This document shows, in pieces, positions 23,171 to 35,224 of a stretch of DNA of 64,000 bases. Where the stretch lies: positions 147,312,001-147,376,000 of the forward strand of contig OZ024742.1 of NCBI GenBank assembly GCA_964016885.1, given 5' to 3'. A program made the position numbers and the translations under genes. The first letter of the stretch is position 1. Each line of letters opens with the position of its first letter. Under the pieces are notes generated by a model, which was given only the letters and a program-made list of their open reading frames with translations, did not search any database and was not told the origin of the DNA. Origin of the DNA: Eledone cirrhosa. Its lineage: Eukaryota.

Positions 23171-24227
23171 GAATAAATATAAATACTACCATGACACAAA
23201 ACCATGTTTCTACTTGTTGACCCTGTAAATAGTTCACTACCTGCATCTTCAGTCAGAACTGATTAACTGCTTTGTAACCATACTTCTAGTGAAAGACAAC
23301 TTATACTTTCCAAATCAAATAGAAAACAATCAAGAATTTGAAGGGATTTGAAAATATGAACAGTTTTGTATCATAGAGCTGGGGGTGGTTTCATCTGGTT
23401 TGTTATCAAAGAGGTTAAGAACTTGCAAAAGAGAATAATGATAGCAAAGATATTGGATTGTTAGCTTGGAGTTGTTTAGTAGTCTTCAATATTTTGGTAT
23501 AAAATCTCTTCATCAAAAGAAGAGTTGAGGAAACTAATTTGGAGCAGGATATCTTGTGTTGTTGTTTATGCTTCAAGCAAACTACAGCACCTTCTAATAT
23601 TTTATAATAAATTTATGTGGCCTAGTGGTTAGGGTGTTTGACTCATTAGCAGAAGGTCATGGATTTGATTCCTGGACTGGGCAGCAAATTGGGTTCATAA
23701 GCAAGATATTTCATTTCATGTTGTTTTCTGTGATAAGACTAGGGGCCCTATCATTAAAACACCCAATTAAACTCTTATGAGTTGCAACATTGTAGGAGGC
23801 AAGCTAAACCTGCATATAGGTGTGAACGGTAAATTTCATTTCATATTCTCAGTTTGATCACCGGTAGGTGTATCTGTGTCTGCTTATGACTAAATGGGTA
23901 CCTAAAACCGCTAGTGAAATCATGGTTATATGGTGATACAAAGCTATCTTCACCATGACCAAATTAAAGAAGCTAAGAGCCCTCAACATCTGTTCACAAG
24001 AAACTTAATGATAATTAAAAGAACATGAACATTGGTCTCCACATAGAATGATGCTGAAATTCCAGCATCGATCCATGCCAAATTCTAAAACAGGTGACAC
24101 CCAATGAAAAAGAAATTTATTTGATAACAATTATATTCTAATATTGTTATACTTTGGGAGGATTATGCTGCCAATAAAATCTCAAGCACCAGTTGAGTTT
24201 CAATTTTATTATTAGTTCAGTAGCTAA

Positions 24228-24428
24228 GGGCGGTGGATTGGCAGTATCGGTAGAGGGCCGGACGCCATGCTTTGCAGCATAGTTACGGTCCTTTATGATC
24301 TGAGTTCAAATCCCGCCGAGGTTAACTTTGCCTTTCATCCTTACAGGGTCGATAAAATAAAGTACTAGTCACGCACTGGGGTCGATTTAATCGACTTTTC
24401 CCACCCCCAAAATATCTGGCCTTGTGCC
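24228..24428 (+). mobile_element. Young full-length tRNA-derived SINE (family B)
   Basis: Exact 17-bp TSD ATTAGTTCAGTAGCTAA (24211-27, 24429-45); A-box TGGCAGTATCGG and B-box GTTCAAATCC. Confidence 0.92.
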
Positions 24429-25363
24429 ATTAGTTCAGTAGCTAATACATTCCTTTGTAATTTTAGTTGCTGGATGGTTATTTGTCAAAGCTTTTTGTCA
24501 CACATTTTGTGACTTAATGACTTGCTCCTCTGTGTCTCCTTTTCATTTTGATTTTGTTTTATTTACTCCATCTTGTCTTTCTGTGGTGTGTTTAACAATA
24601 TGTTTCAACACATAATTTCACATTAAGAATCTTGCAAAACAAATACAAAAACAAAGTATAATTCTAAATTTTGATTAAAATGTTTCATTTTGCTATATTT
24701 TAAATATATATTTAAAACAAAGACTCTCAGAACTATGAGGATGTGGGCTGCAGCCTACTTAGTCCATATATAAATCTGGTACTGGTCCTTATTTACAAGT
24801 GAACTCTGTAGGTTATGTCTGGCATTAACCATGATAAATAAACCCGAGTTGTAGTAAGCTGAAATAGTATCTGAAAAATATGAACATTAAAATATTATAA
24901 TATTTAATATTGCAATTATATTAATCCAGTGGTATAATATTGCTAATAATAATAATAATTTTTTAATTTTATTTTAGCAAAAGAGTTGTTTACTTTTAAT
25001 CATACATTTAATTTTTTTCTATTTTATCAAATATTAAAGGACATGTTTAAACATTAACTTTAATAAAACTTACAATTTTGACTCATGAAAAATTTCCTTC
25101 TTTCTTCCAATCTGTTCTTGGCATGTTGTGTACATAAATAATATACATTCTTTTTTTAGGCCTTGCTGTCACCATCAGAGAGAAGTGGGGTATATATTTG
25201 TTTCTAAAATCTTTGACATATTTAAATTACATTTTTTTTTTTTTGCATGGGTTTCAAATTATGTTTAACACACTATGTCAGTGTTTCTTGTTTCCTTCAG
25301 CTGGAAACTACTGTCTTGCACAACTTATATAGTAAAATGTGTGTGTATGTACGTGTGTGTATA

Positions 25364-25400
<37 letters not shown>

Positions 25401-25972
25401 AACATTGTTGTCTCTGGTTGAGACGAAGCGAGAATGTATTTAAATACATACAAAAATTAGAAAAGTCATATCTAGAACAGCGATGGGCAAAACATGTCTG
25501 AGGACAGAGACCAGCGGCTAGTTGTCGACAGAAAGAGACAATCCATGAGGTGGGTGACAAACAGATGAAATATAGAAAAAATTGAAAGAGGAGGAGAACA
25601 AGGAGAAATGTATTGATGCATAGAAGTGACTGGAAGAAGGAAATAAAGAAAGTAGATGTACAAGACAAGTTCACACACACATCTTCACCCTCATCAGCTC
25701 TCAAACCAGCAAAATGGTTTTGTGCGATTTAATTGAGAGTACCATTTTAAAAAGCTGGATCATGCAACAGAAAAATAAATCTTTCTGCTGGTATGATGTA
25801 TGTGTGCTAAATCAGCACAGATAGAAGGATGAAAGAAGACAAAGAAAATTACAGGATAGTGGACCTGAAGCTGTGGTGTCTGTCCTAAGTAGAAAGCTAA
25901 TCATAGCTATGATAAGGTTAAATGAAAAACATTGTTGTCTCTGATCGAGACAAAGCGTGAGTGTAATTATAT

Positions 25973-26036
<64 letters not shown>

Positions 26037-26419
26037 TAGAGGAGAATGAGCTGTGATCTTATAGAAATGTATCTATTTCTATAGATTGACTATATAAAAC
26101 GAAATCTGTAATAACACTGAATAATTTGAGGTCTTATCTCATTCGAAACGATTGAAAGGGAACAAATATGGTTTTTTGATGAAAGAAGATTAATTTTCCA
26201 TGAATACCTTTATCTATATTTGCTCGGCATTTATATGTATAACCATTCTTCCACGCTAATATTTCCATAGTGCATTGAGCTATTCCTTTCTCTTAAAAGC
26301 TGGCAGTTACATTCTATAAGTTTAATTCTCTACTTACCTTTGGGAATGCTAATATAGTTCTAACTTTGATATATATATAAACTTAAACCTACAGTCAGTA
26401 GGCATCTCTTAACCCAATA

Positions 26420-26674
26420 TACACCCCACCTCCACACCGCCTACTCCATCCTCCCATTTCCGTCCACTGTAAAGTGTTCGTGTAGGTGACACGACAAAAA
26501 GCACTCAGTCCCACACTGTAAAGTGGTTGGTGTTTGGAAGGGCATCCAGCCATAGAAAACCTGTCACAAACAGTTCTGTATGAGCGAGACACAGTCTTCC
26601 GACCAACCTCGCCTCAAGTGTGACAAAACCGTCCAACCCATGCTAGCGTGGAAGATGGACATTAAACGATGATG

Positions 26675-26678
<4 letters not shown>
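26420..26678 (+). mobile_element. RTE 3' UTR-only copy with (GAT)n tail
   Basis: Homologous to 33283-33555; ends AACCCATGCTAGCGTGGAAG..GGAC.TTAAACGATGATG. Confidence 0.8.
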
Positions 26679-26721
<43 letters not shown>

Positions 26722-27124
26722 GAATAAAGTCAAAATAAGAGGGCATCCAGGACAAAGACAATGGAAAAATAGGCAGTTATATCTCCTCAGTCAACTTCTG
26801 GAAATCACTCCAGTTTTGGTGCATTAAGATTGAGACTTTTCATTCTAGTGCACATTGGGAATAACAAAACAGGTAGAGGCAAAGACAGGAAAGTTATGCC
26901 TTTCAGTGAATTACACAAATTAGATGAAAAAGTATTCCTAGTGCATCAACTGACAAAGAAGGGAGATAAAGGTGTTCAGTGGCTTAGCCCAAAGGAGATA
27001 AAAATATAGAAAGGAAGGAAATAGAAAATTAGAAAAGAATAATGTGGACTGCAGTCCAACATTCAGTCAAAGAAGAATGACACTGAAGCATTGAAAATGT
27101 AAGAAGGGAGAATATATATATATA

Positions 27125-27945
27125 TAAAGAACTAGAGAATAAGTACCAACTATGGAAACGGAATTTGGAATCAAAAGATCTGAGAGTAAATTTAGCCAAA
27201 ACCAAACTGCTTATTGAGTAGGAAAGAAAATGAGTAGGCATAAACTCCATATGGTGTACACAATGTAAATCTTGGGTACACAAGAGATGTAGTGGGTAGA
27301 CTAACTGAAAAGGAAAACTTTGTATGTAGAAGATGCACAGGAATAATCAAAGGGAAGAGTGGCAGTGATATAAATCTCTTTAAGTCACAGGAAGGGTCCT
27401 TAGAAGTGGTTGACAGCTTCTGCTATCTAGGTGACTTAATTAGCAGTGGAGGAGGGTGTTCTGAGAGCATATTAACTAGAATAAGGATAGGATTTAGAGA
27501 GCTACTCCCACAGTTGACAACAAAAGGTTGCTCCCTACGTACAAAAGGATGGCTGTATGACACCTCTGTGCAAAGTGCGATGCAGCATGGCAGTGAGACA
27601 GGAGCAGTGACAGCAGAAGAGATGCGTAGACTGGAGAGGAATAAAGCAGCCATGTTTCGTTGGATGAGGGAGAAGCTGAGTTTAAGAGGGATCTAAGGTG
27701 GTGAACAGGAGAGAAGATTGCATTGGTACAGACATGTGATGCGCATGAGTGATGATCAATGGGTGAAGAAGTGTCAGGAAATGCTAGTGGATGGAAACTG
27801 CTGTAGAGGTAGACCGAGAAAGACCTGACCTTAAATTGCTGAGGCTCACAGAGAAGATGACGAAGAAACACGGCATGTGGAGAGATGCTGTGTTAAAAAG
27901 GACCCATCCAACCCATGCAAGCCTGTGAAAATGATGACGATGTTG
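27125..27945 (+). mobile_element. Degenerate RTE LINE (C-terminal RT region with Cys/His-rich insert)
   Basis: LE.K.L.VNL.KTK, NSIWCTQCKSWVHKRCSG, FVCRRC, VDSFCYLGD, HGSET; several stops and deletions. Confidence 0.9.
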
Positions 27946-30143
27946 ATATATATGTGTGTGTGTGTGTGTGTTGCTTGTAACCTTTTTCTATGTAGAATTT
28001 TGCTATTTCTTTAAATGGTATATTTTTTTAACTTAAAATTTCTATATTTATTTAGTTATAAAATACATTACACAAATATATTTTGACTCTTCCACACTGT
28101 AATTGCTTTGTTTTGACACACACAATCAAATTAAGTCAGATCACTTGCCAGATATGTACAACTGTGGCTCAAATGACTGTTCAACACTAGTTGTTTTAGT
28201 TTCAACACAGTCTCAGATCAAGTCACTTGTCAATTAAGTACCACTGTGACTAGAATGATTATTTTAGTTTCAACACAGGGTTTCAGATCATGACACTTAC
28301 CAAACAAGTATAACTCTTGCTAAAATGATTCTTCCACACTGTAATTACCTTAGTTTAAACACACAATCTCAGATCAAGTCACTTGCCAGACAAGTAAAAT
28401 TCTGAAAATTCTACAATAATTTAGCAGAAAATATTTAAAATTCAAATGTTTATAGTATCTTTACTTGTGAATACATCATTGTGAAAATTTGTAGTATTAG
28501 ATTAAATACTTCACTATTTAATGTGATGCAGTCAATTATGCTAAGAATACTGTTCTATGTTAACTGATTTAACATCCGGTAATGAGTATAAAATGTCTAA
28601 AAATAGGTTTGTTATTTCAAATGTTCATATTATCTAGTGCACAGATCATTATGAAAATGTATTAATGTGATGCCATCAGTTGTGCTTAAAACAATGTTCC
28701 ATGTGCATGGTTGTTAATTAATTCCATAATATGTAGTTATCCCTCTTACATTAGAGAGTTCATTGCTATTTTGTACTTTTCAAGAATGCCTTGCTGCTGT
28801 GTTTTCATGCAGTATAAGATATTAAAAATTAACACCTTCTATCTAAATTTTTAGTTTCTGAATCAGTTATTTCATTAAGATAAAAATATGGTATATGGTA
28901 GTTCCCCAGCATGGCCATAGTCAGATGACTGAAACTAGAAAAAGAATAAAAGGGAGTATTTCTTGTCTGTATATTGAAGCATATTGTATTGTACAATAAT
29001 TTCTGGTTCCAAACACCGCAAAATTGTTAGAGAGATGAAGATAAGATTATTTATTGATTACATATATGTGTATGTCCTTGCCTGTGTTTGGGTTTATGGT
29101 TTGTTATGTTCGATAACTTAGGATCAACAAAACAAGACCAAAGAAATATGTATTAGACTTGAAAAAATGTGCTGGGGCCAATATGATCAACTAAATCCTT
29201 TCAATGTGGTGTCCTAGCATGGCCACAGTCTAATGGCTGAAACCAGTAAAAGATAAAACAACAGAATATATATAGTCTATTTCATTAATTATCACAATTA
29301 TCTCAAATTATGTCTGACCATGGATTTGTGCTTGTAAAGTTCCTCTCCAAGACACGAGCCTAGGCAAAGTGTTTTGTAGAATACCAGCAGTCATCTATGC
29401 ATGCCTGTCAACCCTCTTTTTAATGTTATCCAAGAGAAAGGCATACACTAGCACAGCTAGGCACTCGTGTCATCTCAGTTCATTTATTACAGCTGAGTAG
29501 ACTGAAACAAAATTAAATAAACTGTCTAGCTCAACAACATAGCACACCATGGGTTCTGGAAGTCATTTACAACTTTGAGCTGAAAACCCTAACCACTAAA
29601 CCATATATCTTCATAATATATATTGACTAATATTGACTGTATATAAACTGTTTTCCCACATCAGTTAGATTGTAAAATGTATAATTTGAATCATATTTGA
29701 AATTCCCTCTAGAAAGAATATGTCGGTTTTGCTATAACAACCTATTTACTATTCAACTGGTACATACAATTACATCTAAGATATTTCAGCATGATTAAAA
29801 TTTCAAATAAAAATGAACCACACACAGATATGTTAATGTTACAGAAGTATTAGATTCTTTGCTTTAACAGTTCACAGAGACACACATGACACACATATAT
29901 TTAGTGTATTTCTGTATATGAAGCCACATGACCTGTGTTATATCTTATCAATATGTCTACTATGAAAATATACACACACACACATATATATAACCCAACA
30001 TAGTATATGTCCCATCTTAGTCACGTTTGACATCATATAGGGAGAGGGGGAAAAGAAAGAAGATAGAGAATTAAGATATGGGTAAAAAGAGGAGTATACT
30101 GAATGAATGAAGTTGTAGGCAAAAAAAAAAAAACAAACGTCAG

Positions 30144-30351
30144 CCCTTTAGTATTTACATTACTCTATATATATACTATTGTATTTTTGTGGTAAAGGCT
30201 TTACCTCACATAATATCGAATCTATGAGATTTCGATGTTATTTATTTTGAAAACAATAACTTAACGTTAATGATCAGCGAGTTATGGCCAGTTTGAACAG
30301 AAAAAGGTAAGATAATTCTGGCCAAATATGGCCGGTTTAAATACTAAAGGG
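30144..30351 (+). mobile_element. piggyBac-type MITE P1
   Basis: TIR CCCTTTAGTATTTA; TTAA on the right flank. Confidence 0.88.
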
Positions 30352-31068
30352 TTAAAGTGAAAGTGCTCTTACACACACACACATGCATGCATACACAAGT
30401 AATTGTTGTCTGCTTAAACAACAGCAAATACTTATAGCGCTTGTACAAAGCTAAGTTTTCTTTTCACACTTTCTTGATTTTTAATAGAATAAACATATAT
30501 AAAAATATATATTTCTTTCCTTTTTCTCAAATTCCTACTTTATTTAATATTATAATATTTGTAGTATTTGAGCATGAGCAGTATACCGATGAATCGTTTT
30601 AGTCAAATGCAGTGAATTCATTTATTTTTATTAATACATTTATACATTTTTTATGAATTTCCCTCCTGTTACTCACAGTGGCAAACATCTACTCCCAAAA
30701 TAATGTGATGGATAACATTAATAGATATATATCTGTGCTTCAGCTACTCTTTCATTTTTGTCTCCCTGAGTTTAACTGACTATCTTTCTCACACATTGTT
30801 CAACTTAAATGTTCAACATTTAATTATAAAAGTATTTTATCTTCACCATGTCATTTCATCATTTTTGTCTTGAAAAATACTCCTGGACAGTGTTTAACTA
30901 TCTTGTTAAATACTGTGACCCTGAATGGACCAGAAGTAGAGGTTGAAACTATATGTCCATTTTGACAGCCGATAATCTCTGAGTTCTTATATCTGTTGCC
31001 AATTTGCTGTATATAATGATGATTAAGATTATATATATCATCATCATATGTCCGCTTTTCCCTGCTTG

Positions 31069-31107
<39 letters not shown>

Positions 31108-31134
31108 TTCTCCTAATTTGGTCATCTATAAATG

Positions 31135-31400
31135 AAGGTGTGTGGCCTTGTAGTTGTTGGACTATCATTCATAATGCCATGGATTCAACTCCTCAACTGA
31201 GTGATGTGTTGTGTTCTTGAACAAAACACTTCATTTCATGTTGCTGAAAATGAGTACCAGCAGCAGCTAGGAGTTAACCCTGCAATAGACTAGCATTCCC
31301 TCCAGGAGGAAGTCTTATACTTGCATATGAATGCATATGAAACTGAGATTAGCAATGACCTGATGAGCCTCTGGGTTTGGACAGAGGAGCTTTGTGACTT
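31135..31400 (+). mobile_element. tRNA-derived SINE with a distinct central domain (CCCTGCAATAGACTAGCATTCCCTCCAGG)
   Basis: A-box-like TGGCCTTGTAG, B-box-like GGATTCAACTCC and CTTGAACAAAACACTT core, then a body unlike families A-C. Confidence 0.65.
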
Positions 31401-31765
31401 TGTCACCTATATCTATCTTCTCCCTCTGGTACAGTTTCATACCTGCCACTTAACCTGACCATAACACTTTTGTTACCACATTTCTTCTGAAAGGCACAGC
31501 TTATATTTTGAAAATATCCAATAATTTGGAAGCATTTAGTAAAATAACTAACTTTCCCATTATTAAGCTGGTATTTAGAAAACAAATTCACATAGGTGCT
31601 TACATGAAATTATGATGGAAGCTTTTTAAATATTAATACTTTAAAACAAAGAGTTTTGTATCATAGAACCAGGGGTGGTGTAGTGTTAAAAAGATTAAGC
31701 TGGTATTTGAAACATAATTTAACAAAAGTTTTTACATAAAATTTATATTGTTAAATATAAATAAT

Positions 31766-31953
31766 TGTTTCTACTTTTGGCACAAGGCCAGCAATTATCC
31801 CAGTGTATTACTGGTACTTTATTTTATCGACCCCGTAAGGATGAAAGACAAAGTTAACCTCGGCGGGATTTGAACTCAATCCGTAAAGGGACGTAACTGT
31901 GCTGCAAAGCATGGTGTCCAACCCTCTACCGATACTGCCAATCCACCGCCCTC
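31766..31953 (-). mobile_element. Young SINE family B copy
   Basis: Reverse complement of the 24228 head; flanked by near-identical TTGTT.AATATAAATAAT. Confidence 0.88.
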
Positions 31954-32139
31954 TTGTTTAATATAAATAATGCTTCTCTTTCTGAGGTGGGTGCCTGTGT
32001 AGCACAACAACTTGCAACACGTATAACAACCATAATTGTAACAAAACACTCAAAATAACAACATCAATCATAATACTGACAAGTCGCACAGTAGTGGTGT
32101 CAATGCTGGTTTAACATCTGCAATTAAGCTGGCTGAATA

Positions 32140-32510
32140 CACTGGAGTTAGCAGTGGTAGTATCCCTCTGAACTTTCTCTAACCCGTTCTCACTCTGGCT
32201 ACTGTGTGTTTGGAAAATCCTCCTCCACTGCTAATTTGATCACCTAGATGAAAGAAAATATCAACTACTTCTCCAGAGTCCCCTGGGCATTTGAAGGAGT
32301 TTGTATCCTGTGTGCTCTTGCTACTTACTGCCAGCCACATATAAAATCTACCTACTCATTTTCTGCACATTGAACAAGGCCATTTCTCTGAAGGAATCTG
32401 GGCCCTATTTTCCTTTCTACTTACTAGGACATTGGTCATTGCCAAGTTGACTTTAAGACCTTTTAATTCTAGGCCATGCTTCCAGGCTTGGAATTTCTTC
32501 TCTAAATATT
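32140..32510 (-). mobile_element. Old RTE fragment
   Basis: Reverse strand reads LE.KGLKVNL..T and LGDQISSGGG..ARVRTG.RKFR. Confidence 0.8.
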
Positions 32511-32540
32511 AACAAATAGAAGACAAGTATTATTATTGAG

Positions 32541-33555
32541 GTTAAAGTCAGCTTAATTAAGAATGTAGGATTCACATGCAGCAGCTGTGCTGAAACAGCA
32601 AGCAAACAGCCACAGGAAACAAGTACCACCAATCTCTGGGAGGGCCCTGTAGAAACAGTAGACAGCTTCTGCTACCTAGGTGACCGAATTAGCAACGGAG
32701 GTGGGTGCTCAGAAAGTACAATAACTAGGGTAAGAACGGGATGGAAGAAGTTTAGGGAACTACTACCACTGCTAGCTGCAAAAGGCTTCTCCCTCAGAAT
32801 GAAAGGCAGACTGTATGATGCGTGTATCCGAACAGCGATGTTGCATGGTAGTGAGACCTGGGCGCTGAAGGTGGAAGACTTACGTAGATTAGAGAGAAAC
32901 GAAGCCTGCATGCTCCGATGGATGTGTAACAGTAATATACGTGAACGACAAAGCATAAATGAATTGAGAGAGAGACTGAGCATAAGAGGAATCAAATGCT
33001 GCGTGCAGGAGAGGCGGTTACGCTGGTATGGACATGTGATGCGTATGAAGGATGACAGCTGCATAAAAAGGTGCAGAGCACTAGAAGTTGATGGAAACCG
33101 CGGAGTGGGGAGACCCAAGATGACTTGGGATGAGGTGATAAAAGCCGACCTTACCCAACTACACCTCTCAAAGTCAATGACACACGACCGTGACTTCTGG
33201 CGTCACGCAGTAATACAGGGTACCCGACCTCCCATGGGTACATGCTGAAGCATATAAACAATATGCCCCCCCCCCCCCCCCCCCACCGCAAGGTGGTCGT
33301 GGAGGTGCCACGGCAAAAAAGCACCCAGCCCACACTGTAAAGTGGACGTGTAGGCGCCACGAAAAAGCACCCAGCACTCACTGTAAATGAGGTTGGTGTT
33401 AGGAAGGGCATCCAGCTGTAGAAATCAAGCCAGATCAGTTCCTGTATGAGCAAGGCATGGTCAGCCGACCAGACACTGCCCACAACAGGACAACCCGTCT
33501 AACCCATGCTAGCGTGGAAGAACGGACGTAAAACGGTGATGATGATGATGATGAT
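32541..33555 (+). mobile_element. Young 5'-truncated RTE LINE with uninterrupted ORF C-terminus (stop 33246-48), structured 3' UTR and (GAT)n tail
   Basis: Frame open from ~32541: FTCSSC..VDSFCYLGD..RVRTGWKKFRELLPLL..KGRLYDACIRTAMLHGSETW..RRLRWYGHVMR..RGVGRPKMTW; CpGs retained. Confidence 0.95.
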
Positions 33556-34209
33556 GTTCTGGATCAACGTCTCCTTCAGATTGACATGATGATGAATTTT
33601 TTAAAACTTTAATTTTTACATAAAAAACATCTTTAATTGTACATAATTACATTCAGCAGTTAAAAGGTTAAAAGATATGTAATTTTATCTATGTGAAAGT
33701 TTATCCATTCTAATTGGTTTACAAGCTACCAAGGTGGTAGCTTAGTTGTAAGGAATTAAATTTTGGGGCAGATCAAAACTGATGAATTGTAATTACTTGT
33801 TGGCTTTTCTTGAGGGAAAACAATGGTTTTGGTAAAATATTGCATGCTGCAAATTTTCATTTTTATGTGCTATATAATATTACTAGTTTCTGTATGTGTA
33901 ATGAAATATTCCCTGATAGCAGAATTATTTCAGTGTTCATTTCAAATTAAAATACATTGACACTAAATATATTTATAAAAGTGCTATTTTTTGTGGATTT
34001 GTATCATAAACACATTAAATGAGCATTAAATTTAGGACTCGTGTATTGTTTATAGAGTCAGTGATATATTTGCTATTAATGGTGACTTTACTTGTCAGTT
34101 TTGCCAATGTTGCTTATGAAAACAATGTTATATAGATTTCAATTGGAGGGTAGATTACATTCTGATTGTTTGAAATTTTTTTTTTTTTTTTGGAGCAACA
34201 CTGCTTGTG

Positions 34210-34430
34210 ACTAAAAAGAGCAGTGCTGGAAAGACAGTCTCTGTATTGTCACATCTGTGTGTGTTCATTGGCCAGTTGGTATTGCTGTAGCTGTAAAGAT
34301 CAATTTGGGAGTGACAGTCCCTGTTACAATGTGGGCTCATCGGTCTGCTTATACTGCAGCGCTCTTTTCTGCATGCCTGCTTTTCTGTTGCAGCATTCAT
34401 CAGCTTCTCTTTCCACACCTTCAGATACTA
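34210..34430 (-). mobile_element. RTE (BovB-like) C-terminal zinc-finger fragment
   Basis: PHCNRDCHSQIDLYSY resembles the C..C.R.C.S.IGL.SH terminal motif. Confidence 0.55.
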
Positions 34431-35017
34431 TGGCACCAACACTAAAACTTAGCAGCGTGTTGGGTGCATTTTATCATGTCACGAACACTAACATTTAGCG
34501 GTGTGTTGGGTGCATTTTATCATGGCACCAACAATAACTCTTTACTGAATTTACTGGGTGCATTTTATCATGGTACCAACAATAACACTTTACTGAATGT
34601 ACTGGGTCATTTTATCATGGAACCAGCACTAATACTTAATAGAGTGTACTTAATGAATTGTATCATAACAAAAAAAGAGTGACTAGTAGCCTCACTACAG
34701 AATGAAGTTCATAAATACCTTTCTATTATTTGGCACTAAACAATGTATAGGATGGAGTTAATGAATGTCAGTTTGACAGACATTGTGATTAGATATATAG
34801 AATTTGTAAAACCAAATCAATCGTCCAGTATAGATTTTACTTTTGATAGCCAGATTTTATATATTTGTTGTTTTTAACATTCTAATATGGTTCACATAAA
34901 TTTATCACGAAAATTGATTTTTAAAATTATTTTCCTATAACTTACTCAAAAGAGAGGCTATATCCATGACCTGTAGGCCTATTTCTTAAGAGAAGGGGCA
35001 GTGCCCATGTATTTTAA

Positions 35018-35224
35018 CCCTTTAGCATTTAAACTGACTGTATCCAGCCAGAAGTCTCTCACCTTTTTCTGTTCAAACCAGCCATAACATCCCACTCGTA
35101 CTGATGTTAAGGTATTGTTCTCAAAATAAATAATATCAATATCTCATAGATTGAATATTATGTGGGATAAAGCTTTTACCACAAAATACAATAGTGTATA
35201 TAGAGTATTGTAAATGCTAAAGGG
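35018..35224 (-). mobile_element. piggyBac-type MITE P1, reverse orientation
   Basis: TTAA-CCCTTTAGCATTTA...TAAATGCTAAAGGG-TTAA. Confidence 0.9.

Noticed and set aside
26330-26400. Exon of a nested minus-strand gene (AAG|GTAAGT donor; similar donors at ~3205 and ~44160)
   Set aside because: No convincing open exon, acceptor or protein similarity; such motifs arise by chance in 64 kb.
31340-31380. Other CTGANGA hits as hammerheads (31360, 14291, 16560, 19521, 25498, minus strand 25691, and a decayed motif at ~26120-26150)
   Set aside because: None has a correctly placed stem II, GAAA, NUH and closing stem I together.
32672-33118. 148-aa minus-strand ORF (also 27423-27871, 36583-36882)
   Set aside because: These are antisense shadows of RTE or Helitron coding sequence.
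33297-33330. Pistol ribozyme (CGTGG-loop-CCACG plus pseudoknot resembles pistol P1)
   Set aside because: No P2/P3 helices or conserved cleavage-site context are visible; kept only as a generic pseudoknot.
32140-33555. Twin-priming inversion of a single RTE insertion
   Set aside because: The two pieces overlap in element coordinates (both contain the LGD..S.GG region) and differ greatly in decay, so they are independent insertions.
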